This document shows positions 1-11,254 of a stretch of DNA of 34,589 nt, in pieces. The stretch's first letter is position 1, and the number at the start of each line of letters is the position of its first letter. The position numbers and the translations under genes are program-made. Source of the DNA: Collodictyon triciliatum (lineage: Eukaryota); NCBI GenBank assembly GCA_043381765.1, contig JBHJMP010000217.1, positions 1 to 34,589 on the forward strand. Reading direction: 5' to 3'. The notes under the pieces were generated by a model. It saw nothing but the letters and a program-made list of their open reading frames with translations, ran no database searches and was not told the origin of the DNA.

Positions 1-906
1 TGTTGTTCTAGTTTTTTTTTTTTTTTTTTTACTTGATACATAATCTCATAATTAAATACATTTTCGATAAAGAAAACATTGACAAGACCCTGATGCAAAT
101 AGCATGGTATGCTAATGATGGATAAATGAGAATATAGAGTTCAAACGCACATTGGACATTGCCTCCTTTGGCACTTGTCGTTTGCTTTCGGTGCTACCTA
201 CACATACACAGACACAAATAAAAAAAAACATGTTAGCTTATGAGGTATGCAACATAGAAGAAAGCCAAAGGCTTCAAGGATCAGGCCATAGCGCTGCGAC
301 TTTGGATCCGATGAAGCACTTTCTTACAGACTGTGTGGTTAGAACAAAGCCAAACTTTTGACAAGAGAAGGGAAAAGAGCGCTTAGAAACAAGTACGTAG
401 GGATCATGGGAGGATTGATAGCTGTGCCACGGCAGTTTAGGCTGGTTGGAATGAAGCTACTGCTCCCGGCTTCTCTCGAGCAGTTGTGTTTTCGTGCCAA
501 TCTCGAGAAAAAAACGAGACTCTATTGCAGTTCCTCTCGCTTGGGTAGACCATTTGTCGGTTGTAGAAAGAGTATTCAACAATCCGCACAAAATATATAT
601 ACAGTTTAATATTACGGTTAAAAAGGAGCTCAAACAGTGGATATCTGTGAGGCATGATTATATACATATAAATTCCACAATGTAAAGCCGTTGATTCTAT
701 TTTGGGATTTTAAATACCACATAACAGACTCTCCTTCAAGCCGCCCGCGTTGGACGACCCACCCACAACCAACACACAAATCCACACAGATCCAAAGGCA
801 ATACTACGCAGGCCACGATCGCAAAGACCTGTTTCTCTGTTGTTGGGTTCAGAGAAGAGGAAAAAAAAAAAAAAAAAAAAAAGCAAAGCAAAAATACTGG
901 TGAACT

Positions 907-3900
907 ATGGAGCGCCGCAGTACACCTTCGGTAAGCCAACGGTCTATGCCATACATCCCACCTCCTGTTTTTCGGTATGAAATGAGACATTGTTTTGTGA
1001 GAATATCTCTATTCTTATACTCTTATAAGATGCTTTGGTGATGTTTTTTTTTTTTATTCTAAAAGTCTTAGCTGTTGAGCCCGTCTCAACAATTTATGTT
1101 TGGGTGATGTTACTACAACATTTGGGATATTTTTCTTGATACGCAAGGGATGTCTCTGTCTCTGTTTATGAAAGAGCACAACACATACATTTTATGGCTC
1201 TAAAGATAAGATTTATAAATAGCTCATAAACGAAGCGATGAAATCAGCTAGCCATTTTTCGAGTATACCTAGAAGACCAATGTCAGCAGGCCAAAGTATT
1301 CTCTCAATATATTTCTGTTGAACTTTCTGGATTGAACAATACACATAAAACTAGACATCGTTTTAGATTAACCACATCACATGAAAAACATTGAATTAAA
1401 AATTTTAATAGCAACTCAAAGAAGTGAAATAGCTCAAATTCAGACAAAAACTGCGCAGAAGATATTTCGAGTAGGAATTCAAGACATAGAAGCGCTTTCC
1501 CATGAAAATCTAATGCTTAAGAAAAGGGTAACCACATCAAATACTCGAATAATCACAATTTCCAACTGAAATACGTAATTAATGCCCCTCGTGTGTATGA
1601 TGTGTAGAGTGGAATTTATTTAACATTCCAAAAAAAAGGTCTCCGATTTAGAGCAAGAAAAACTTGCCCTGAGAACGAAAAACAGCCAACTTAAGGACCA
1701 AATATGCAAAAGAGATGATGATATTCAAAAGTTGTCCCTTCGAGTAAAATTTTACAAAATGAATCGCTATCGCGTCTATATTACCTACCCATCAGGAAAA
1801 AAAAATCTACCCATTAGCAGCCCCATCCCTCCCTCTCTCCACGTAAAAAAAAGGAAAAGAAGTAAAGAAAGACTTGCTTATATGCAACACCTTTTACTCA
1901 ATTCATTTCATGAATATCTAACCATATGAATTCTATGTTAAGCTGAGCAAAGTGAGCATCATATTGCCAAATACGAACGATTCACATTCAAATGAAGGAA
2001 TCGATAGAGGACCAAATGTAACTTCACAAAAACTTTATATATTCAAGGCAAAGTTGTTTTTGTTTCAGAAACCTATCTTAAATATGCCGTAAAATTTCGC
2101 TAGGATCCAATCAAACTGCGACGAAGAATCCAAGGACTTGAATCCAAGATTGACTCACTGGAAGAGGAGCTGCTTAAGTACCGTGATAGTAGTAGAGGAA
2201 TGAAGCTAGAGGAATTAACGATTATGAACGGAGTATATGATGAGGAGGTATTTCATTTGTCTAAACTCCCCCCCCCCCCCCCCCCCCCCCCCCCCAAACC
2301 CAAAAAAAAAAAAAAAAAAAAAAAAAANNNNNNNNNNNNNNNNNNNNNNNNNNNNNNNNNNNNNNNNNNNNNNNNNNNNNNNNNNNNNNNNNNNNNNNNN
2401 NNNNNNNNNNNNNNNNNNNNNNNNNNNGGAGTATATGAGCGGGGGTATTTTTTTTTTTTTTTACCCCCCCCCCCCCCCTCCAGAGACTGAACCGTACATC
2501 TTCATTCTCGCAGCACCCATGTTCACGGTAATATAATACATCGATGAATTTAACGATCGACACACCAAATCGTAGTTGAAACGATTGAGATATCTTATTT
2601 CAAGCGGATATGTGGCATCTACTAAAGAGAAAATTCTAACGCTTCAAAGAGAAATTATCGAGCAAAAAAAGACCCAAAGAGAAAACAAGGTAATGTTATA
2701 GTACATAGCTTTGCATGTATGGCTGAATATTAATTTAGTAATGATAAATGATCAAAGGAAACTATCAAGCAGTTGGAAAGTGCGTTAGAAATTAGCAAAG
2801 AGGATTTTTCGAATGCCATGAAAAACTTTGAATTGGCTCAAGAAAGTATAGAAAATCTAAAAAAGCAGAATGAACTCTTTCAACTGGTTGGTATATATCC
2901 TGGATATCTGAACATTGAGATGCTCCACATTTTGCCATACCAAAACTATAATTATAATAACTAAAAAGAACTTTACCAAATTTAACTGTGTATGTCATAC
3001 CGATTCATCTCAACGCGTAGGATATTAACTCAGCATCCGCAGAAATACAACAATATCAGAAGAAGTCGCGTTTAATGGAGGAAACTATAGGTATGATTGT
3101 TTTTACAATCATTCCCAATATAAAGGCTTCATTCTACGGTTGTACCTAAAGCTTCTTTGCATATATAATATCTTTTACTCTATTACTACCAACTCTTTGA
3201 GATTATAGTTAAATTTATTATATCATTACATCATTTGAATATAGAATCTTTGATGAATGAAAATAACGAAAGAACAAAAGAAAACGAAGCACTGTCATCT
3301 CAAGTAGAGATCCAAGCAAATATACTTCTTTCCAAGGATGAAAAAATCAAGTCTCTCACCCAGGATACCAGTGAGTACTTATCCATCATGAAAATTTTGT
3401 TCCTTATTTGTAAGTGTTATCTAAATAATTTTTATCATAACCTCGCTACACTTTGAATCGAATAAAGGAAAAAAAATCTAAATAATTTTTATCAATCTTG
3501 GGCCTTATAAGTTATTTTGAGGAAATACTCACATCGACATGTGAATGCATAACATAAATCTTAACATACACTGATATCATGTCACAGACGCGCTGATAAG
3601 TAAGATCGAAGAGAACGCAATCGAGGCAACTACATCGATCGAAAGAGTGAAGAATGAGAATCTCAATCTCTGTAATTTTTTTATCCTACATTTGCATACT
3701 ATAAGGCCATATGGCGAACTAAAAACAATTTTTTTCACAAAAAAATCTTTTTCAGCTCAACAACTCGAGAAAGAAAGGGCCAAATATACTAGAATCGAAT
3801 TGGATTTCTCTGAAGCATCTAATCAGCTACTAGCTGCAACACAAAATATATCTGAAAAAGGTTGAAATATAAAACCCCTCATTTAATTCCACACTGAACC

Positions 3901-4302
3901 CCCAAACCCTACGGAAGCAAGATAAAACTCTTTTAATTATTGGACAATTATAACAAGATAATGTAACAAAATAATTCTATCAGATGTTTTTATACAGAGC
4001 CTTATGTCCTCAAACATGTCGCTCATGGAAAAAGTCCGCGTTACCGATGAGGAGGCAGGGAACATGAAGCGAGATTATACTGACCTCAAATATCAATATG
4101 GTAGTACCTCAGTTTTTTTTTTTTTTTAAAAAAAAAGAAACCAACCGTACATGCGCATGCATTCAATTTAATTATACTTTCAAAATATCCTGCAGGTGAA
4201 AAGGAAGAGGCAATCCATAAATTGAAAGAGAAATGTTCAGAGCATGAGTCTTCACTTCTCCGAATGAAATCACAATTAGGTTTGTATTGAGATAGGCAAA
4301 AG

Positions 4303-4391
<89 letters not shown>

Positions 4392-6337
4392 NNNNNNNNN
4401 NNNNNNNNNNNNCCCCCCACGCCCCCCCCCCCCCCCGTATTTAGATGTGTATGCAAGTAATAAATCCCAAACAGAAGATTTTTTGAGGATGAAGCAGCAA
4501 GAAATTCAGGACAAAACTGAATACATTACTGAGTTAGAGAAGAGAATCAGGACTGACGGAAACGAAATAGGTAATAATTCAAATGTCCAAGTTACCGATT
4601 TATTGGTTTCAACTGACAACTGTCTAATTACAACCCTCATCCTTTTAATAAACCTGGTAAATACATCATTTGATATGTAGCTAACCATGGAAATTTAATA
4701 TTGTAGAACAACTGCGCTCTCAGCATACAAGAGTAAATCAACATCTTGGTCAAGAAAAGGTTCGGAATGTTTTGTCCATGCATTACATAAAATTTAGCCT
4801 CTATATGTGTCGAATAAATTAGTTTAACATGGATTCCCAAGGACAATTTCATTTGGAGGGACTGTAACGAAAAGACATAAAACATTAGGAAACTAATTTA
4901 ATGCTTCAAGAACAATTACTGACTATGAAGGAGTCTCTTTTTAAGTATTATTAAGTTTTAAGCATGGGGTTCAAACTTAACACGGCTGAGTTGTCGTTTA
5001 ATTCGATGAGATACAAAATAATAGCAAATAGGACACACTCAATTATTTTATCTCATACCATTTTATTTATCAATATAGGGTTGAAAACGACGCCTCTAAA
5101 TTACGGAAGCATAACAGGGAAATCCAGATGCAATATGACCTAATACAATCAGATATCGATTTGATTCAAGCAAAATATGACCACTCTGCGAGGGAGAATA
5201 TGTCCCTTAAAGACATGTAAAATCATGAAGCTCTAAATATTAATATCGTCGACTTATGATAAAACATAAACATGATTATATATGCATGTTCGATCTTTTG
5301 TGTAAATTGCGAATATTTTCTAGTTTGAAGAAAACTGCCTCTGAGGATAAGAAGCGGATTGAAGAATTGGAGCACGACCTCGTCGAAATACGTAAAGTAT
5401 GACACAGTTTTCCTATTTTCATCTTTTCAATTAAAATCGTTTTCCCCTTTATCTTGGACAAATTGAAAGAAGAAAAATTAAACCCATATTCTTTTCTCGT
5501 TTCATAATTGTGTTGTAGGCATTGAGCGATACCCAAATAGATTTAGATCGGAAAAATAAGGAAAAGGCTTCAATAGATGTATTGAACAAACATCTGATGG
5601 AGCAGCTTGGATTACGCCGTGAAATACACTATCCCTTGCGGGACTCATGGGTAGAATACCTTCGCTTTATGTTATTTCCCATCAGAACATTGTGTTTTCA
5701 TTGCTTTAAAACATAGAAAAGAAAAAAGAAGCAGTTTCCCTGTTTATTTAATTATTTATTTGATTATGCCTTGATAATATAGCCAATAATATCATGAAAG
5801 ATAATCAATAGTATTTGAAATAGAATTCTCATACAAAGACTCCGTACATTCCTCATGAGGCGATTCCTATTGATGGAAGTCAAGATGTTATACACGAAAA
5901 TGACCAAAAAACATGTATGCCATCGTAATGACTATATTTTTTTATAAAAATTATTATTTTCTGGCCTCAATGATCAAATTTGACCAATACTGTTTCCCTT
6001 TCTACGCAGCAAGCACCCAGAATAAGACGAGCCAACACACAGTCGTGGGACATGAATCGACCTCTGTTAAAAAGATAGAAGAGGAAAGAGACAACTATTC
6101 AGGTACAAAATCCCATGGCTCTAATCGCCACTTAGCTGTAGATGGAAGTCCTGGGTTGGATAAAGAATCTCGTTTCCGCACAACCAATAGCGTGGATAAT
6201 CCCAAAATTGAACCAGCAGATAATCATAAAGGTACTCTACCCATACCAAATATAGATTTAAATATTTTAAATGGTAAGTGATATCGCTACTTGTTTGGGT
6301 ATATGTCTCTTGATATGAATTAAGATATATTAACCTT

Positions 6338-6384
<47 letters not shown>

Positions 6385-9300
6385 GAAAGAAAATTCCTCT
6401 GCGATCAGTACCGAAAGGAGGGGAAACTTGACCACCGAAGCTCCGCCACAAAGCATACCTCATAAAAAAAATATTGACGGCCAAGCTCTAGGTTCGACAG
6501 GTGTCATAACCACCCCCCACCCCCCCCCCCCCTTTCCTATCCTTACCTCAAGAGCTCATTGTAGAAGTCTCAATAATTCGAAAATATGAACATTCAAATA
6601 TACCTCCACACATTTAAATATCGGGATTAAATTATTTTAAAAAAATCGACACAGAAGTTTCTGCCGGACGAGTCATAATAGACGACGACAATATGTCAGA
6701 GAAAACAGTCAAGTCCGGTGATGATTCCTTGAAATATTCACCAGTTGCTGCAAAACCAAAACCCGAAAATCCAAAGTCTGCAAATGACAACCCAGCTTCA
6801 TTCCTGAATGATCTAGGTATTTTTATCAAGGTTTAAATTCAAGATATGAAAGACTATTCAGACATACCGAAGTATTTTCGTGCCTTACTTGATTAACATT
6901 ATTTTCTCATTTCCAAGGTGAAAGTGGCACACCGGAAGTAATTGGAGATGCCCATAATCCATTACCAAACAGCATCCTCCCAGGCACTACACCAAGTTAC
7001 TTCGAAAAGACTAAGAACATGAATGAAAATGAAAAGACTCAATCAAAATACACAGGCGGAGTGCATCACGACCCGGCCCATGTAACAACGAGCGAGCCAT
7101 ACAATCAAGAGTATATCAACGAAGAATTTGAAATGGAGGACGAGGAAGGTTCTTTCGAAAGCAAAAATAGCTTGTCAGATAAAATTGAAACTGATGCCGT
7201 CCCTATAGGAAAATCAGAAAATACAAACGGTTCCAAAAATGAAAGCAAAGATTTCCTCGCAAGAGCTACTTTAGAAAGAAAGGATATTCCTGATTCAACA
7301 TACATTCAAAAAAGTGAATTCGAACCACAGATACACATACAAATGAGGCATGATGACATTGTGTTGGATGGCATTCAAAAGGGCTATTTAGAAAATCCAA
7401 CTCAGGCACCAAAGAACGATATCATAGCCACAGTCAACCAGTCACGCATGGATAGCAGTTCGGTAAATGATTACAACAAATCAGACGAAAAAGATACTTT
7501 GTCAGAAGCACCAAATCCAGAAAGCATTGTTGGAATAAGTAAACACATCACGGAAGAACCAGTTATCGGAGACTCTGTTCAGGACACGCTGTATACAGAT
7601 ATTAAAGAAAGATTAGGTTTGGAAAACAAAACTTTGGTGGGTGATCTAGGGCACAATATAAAACCACATCGAGACGTCGGAGATGTAGAGCTACAAAAAC
7701 CCAATTTATCACTGCCTGGGCGTTCCATGACTAATAGCGAAAGAACAAAACCCAACCAGAATGGCTCAAGCGATGAATCACAGTACACTGATGAGCAGGG
7801 ACATATTCATACTAGTACAGTAAATGCGAACATAAAGAAAGTTCCGGAAATAGGGTGTATGGAGAGTTCTACCTTTTTGGGGGGTCGGCAAGAAGCATCC
7901 AGACAAAGTGACACTCAAAGTACCAGTAAAAGCACCAGTAAAAGCACCAGTAAAAGCACCAGTGAAAGCACCAGTGAAAGCACCAGTGAAAGCACCAGTG
8001 AAAGCACCAGTGAAAGCACCAGTGAAAGCACCAGTGAAAGCACCAGTGAAAGCCCCAGTGAAAGCGCCAGTAAAAGCACCAGTAAAAGCCTTTCTGATAA
8101 CACCTCAAAGCACACGTATAAAGAAAGGGAAATTGATATCCAGATATCCACGGGACATCCATTAATGAAAGAACCTTATGAAGCATCTGGCGAGGCTGGT
8201 GAGGATGTCAACACAGATAAAATATATGATTTGGCTACAGTTGATCGAACGCTAATCACCATCGAAGATCAATACGTTCAACAAAGTAGACTCCAGAAAC
8301 AAGAGGCGACCACCAATAATCTCGGAGGATATAATTTTGACGAAAATACATCAAATGAAAACGATGTTGCTTTGACAAAGACATATATACACGGTCGAAT
8401 TCATGATGAATTATCAATCACAAATGGTGTAGAAAAACGTTCTAATCGGAATTCAGAGACTGAAGATGTACAAATTTTGAAGCAAAAAAATACGCAAGGT
8501 GTAGATGAGTTGCAAATACGAAGCATGACACAAGAATCATCGCATGGAAAAACCCCGAACCAAAACGAGGAGCTTATTCAAGAGCATATACCGATATCTG
8601 AAAACGAGCCCAAAAACGAACGTGAAGACGGATCACATAATGAATCAGCATATGAGCCTTTAAGGGATTTATCACACCCATCGGCCAAAGATATTATTCA
8701 AAATAATGATAGGGACATGTATTTTGAAAATACATATGATGACTCTCATTATCCAGGCATGGTTAAAGAAAACTCAGTCGGTCAATTGGAGGCATCAGAT
8801 AAAGTGAGCATGGATGAAAGTAGCAGGTCAGACTTTAAAAAGATAGAACGAACCAAGGTAAATCACAAGGAAGAGTCAAATGTGCTATTTGATGAGGGTA
8901 AGACAATGACCCGATGGAATGAAAGAGCTGATAGAACGCATGATGAAACCAAAGAAGAGATAACCAAAAAAATCGAAGAGCAAATACAAGAGCAGGAACA
9001 AGAACTACAAGAACAAGAGCACCAAGTAGAAGAGCGTGAACAAGAACAACAAGTACAAGAAGAGCAAGTAGAAATACAAGAACAAGAGCATGAACAAGAA
9101 CAAGTACAGGTACAAGTACAAGAAGAACATGAACATGAACAAGAACAACAAGAGCACGAGCAATTACAAGAGAAACAAGTACAAGAGCACCAAGTAGAAG
9201 AGCGTGAACAAGAACAGCAAGTACAAGAAGAGCAAGTAGAAATACAAGAACAAGATCATGAACAAGAACAAGTACAGGTACAAGTACAAGAAGAACATGA

Positions 9301-10882
9301 ACAAGAACAACAAGTACACGAGCCACTACAAGAGAAAGAAGAACAACAAGAGCACGAGCAATTACAAGAACAAGAACAACAAGAACAACAAGTACACGAG
9401 CCATTACAAGAGAAAGAAGAACACCAAGAGCACGAGCAATTACAAGAATGGCAAGAACATGAGCACCAAGTAGAAGAGAAAGAAGAACAAGAGCAAGAGC
9501 AACAAGTACAAGAGAAAGAAGAACAAGAAGTGCACGAGCCATTACAAGAGAAAGAAGAACAACAAGAGCACGAGCAATTACAAGAACAAGAACAGGTACA
9601 AGTAAAAGAGCAAAAAGTACAAGAAGAGCAATTACAAGAGAAACAAGTACAAGAAGTGCACGAGCCATTACAAGAGAAAGAAGAACAACAAGAGCACGAG
9701 CAATTACAAGAACAAGAACAGGTACAAGTGAAAGAGCCACAAGTGCACGAGCCACTACAAGAGAAAGAAGAACGAAAAGAGCACGAGCCATTACAAGAGA
9801 AAGAAGAACAACAAGAGCACGAGCAAATACAAGAACAAGAACAGGTACAAGTAAAAGAGCAAAAAGTACATGAGCCATTACAAGAGAAAGAAGAACAACA
9901 AGAGCACGAGCAATTACAAGAATGGCAAGAATATGAGCACCAAGTAGAAGAACAAGAACAAGAACAAAAGCAACAAGTACAAGAAGAGCAATTACACGAA
10001 CAAGAGCTAGAGGCCAGAGATAAACAAAGCTTTTCTCGAGATGAGCTTCCAAACCAAATGTATGAGACAATTCAAAACCCCGACAGAGAGAAATCATCAG
10101 AGAAAATATATGAAAGTGGTGCATTTTCTGTTCAGGATGGGGACAAGGTAGGTGGTCCTGAGGTAGCGCTCGCTCAGGGAGCTAAATATGAATTGAATTT
10201 GTTTGTGAATACAACAGAAAGCAAGAGCAGTAGTGATAACACCCCAACCATGCAAGTTCGCGTCCATGGAAACATGCTTGGAGGTAACGAGGATGATACA
10301 GAAGAAGCTAGCGAGGGAGAAAGTCAAGAATTGACACACAAGCCAGAACAACCTGAAACACTACAAACACAAGAGCAACAAGAACAGCCGGAGACACACA
10401 AACCAGAACAACTTGAAACACTACAAACACATGAGCAACCAGAACAAGTTCATAACCACGAAACGAATATTCAAGATGGGGGCATGTCCGAGGATATTCG
10501 TAATTACCGTAGCGAAGGCGGCCGATCGGCGGAGACGTTGTTGGGGCCTAGCCATGAGAGCAAGACAGGTAAGGATGAGTCAGACACAAGACACACAGGT
10601 CATCCAAGCGCAGACATCAGCAAGGTATCACAACAAGACAGCTTGGTAGAAGGGTCTGCCCAAGAACAGCCTCCTCAATTTACCGAAGCGCCTGTCTTGG
10701 GACAGGGCACCCAGCAAGCTGCTATGGAGGCGCAAAAACCCACGACTGATACAGATGGTGACCCAGGGAAGAGCGCCTTCAGCATGTTTGACGACGCTTT
10801 CTTGGAGGATACAACAGACATGATGAAGGCAATCGCAGACGAGCTTGGTAGCAGCCTAATCGAAGATGACAACGACCTTTGA
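907..10882 (+). CDS. Large (~2200 aa, ~26 exons) coiled-coil protein with an IQCE-like N-terminal region and a very long acidic low-complexity C-terminal tail
   Basis: Manual GT-AG splicing gives a continuous frame: MERRSTPS...(907-974), 16-nt exon 1148-1163, LINEAMKS..., ...EALSHENLMLKKR|VSDLEQEKLALRTKNSQLKDQICKRDDDIQKL...KLRRRIQGLESKIDSLEEELLKYRDSSRGMKLEELTIMNGVYDEE|LKRLRYLISSG..., many heptad-rich exons, then a final exon 6918-10882 containing the 1287-aa ORF. The N-terminal block resembles the IQCE coiled coil as I recall it (E.MY.E...LKK...MRTK......E..RKD..IE.L ... LKQRI..LE ... LEEMRI..E.YYEEV.RL). The start could instead be ATG 1238. Confidence 0.7.
2328..2427. other. Assembly gap (100 N); other gaps at 4392-4412, 19008-19100 and 20841-20954
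   Basis: N runs, all intronic and next to homopolymer or simple-repeat tracts. Confidence 0.99.
4303..4391. repeat. (AAT)n microsatellite, ~29 units, intronic, abutting an N gap
   Basis: Read directly. Confidence 0.95.
7919..8086 (+). repeat. Coding 12-bp tandem repeat, 14 units (AGCACCAGTRAA) encoding STSK/STSE
   Basis: Read directly: STSK x3, STSE x8, SPSE, SASK, STSK within the large ORF. Confidence 0.95.
8980..10010 (+). repeat. Coding E/Q/H/V-rich compound repeat region
   Basis: Recurrent modules such as VHEPLQEKEEQQEHEQLQE (about 7-8 copies) and a duplicated QEHQVEEREQEQQVQEEQVEIQEQ.HEQEQVQVQVQEEHE block; the DNA is built mostly from CAA/GAA/GAG codons. Confidence 0.9.
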
Positions 10883-11054
10883 TCGGCTCCTCCGGCCATT
10901 ATAACCCCACACAATCGCCCAGCACGTTGCTGTGTCTGCAAACTCACTATCCTCGTGACCGTGACCTGTTTCATTCTGATGCACATTTCATCGCCTCTCA
11001 CTCTACTCCTGATACCAAGATTAATCGTTATCTCTTTACAGAAATAACAATGAT

Positions 11055-11060
11055 AATAAA
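11055..11060 (+). promoter_or_regulatory. Candidate polyadenylation signal AATAAA for the IQCE-like gene
   Basis: First of a cluster of AATAAA hexamers about 170 nt after the stop codon. Confidence 0.4.
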
Positions 11061-11176
11061 ATAAAATAAAAAAAAAAGTATATATCTCATCTCAAATAAC
11101 AGTCTATTTTCTCCTCCAGACGGCAAGCCAGCAGCATGCCGCGGGGCTGTCTGCACGTTAGTTTGTGCGCATATAT

Positions 11177-11182
11177 TTTATT
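11177..11182 (-). promoter_or_regulatory. Candidate polyadenylation signal AATAAA for CCDC39
   Basis: TTTATT on the plus strand about 73 nt downstream of the CCDC39 stop. Confidence 0.4.
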
Positions 11183-11254
11183 GTAAAGTGAGTGAAAGAA
11201 AAACAGGCTCCATTTTACAAGTAGCATGGCCCAGCCTTTGTGTGACGCACGGGT

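Noticed and set aside
2428..2481. Apparent degenerate duplicate of the preceding exon end (GGAGTATATGA...GGTATTT...poly-C)
   Set aside because: It directly follows a 100-N gap and mirrors 2231-2295 with homopolymer-type errors; most likely an unmerged low-quality contig overlap.
7869..8186. Alternative-frame ORFs (KAPV)n, (FHWC)n and (LSLV)n
   Set aside because: Frame and strand artefacts of the 12-bp coding repeat.
8835..10124. 429-aa hydrophobic Leu/Val ORF on the minus strand
   Set aside because: Antisense shadow of the CAA/GAA-rich repeat, which lacks stop codons on the reverse strand.
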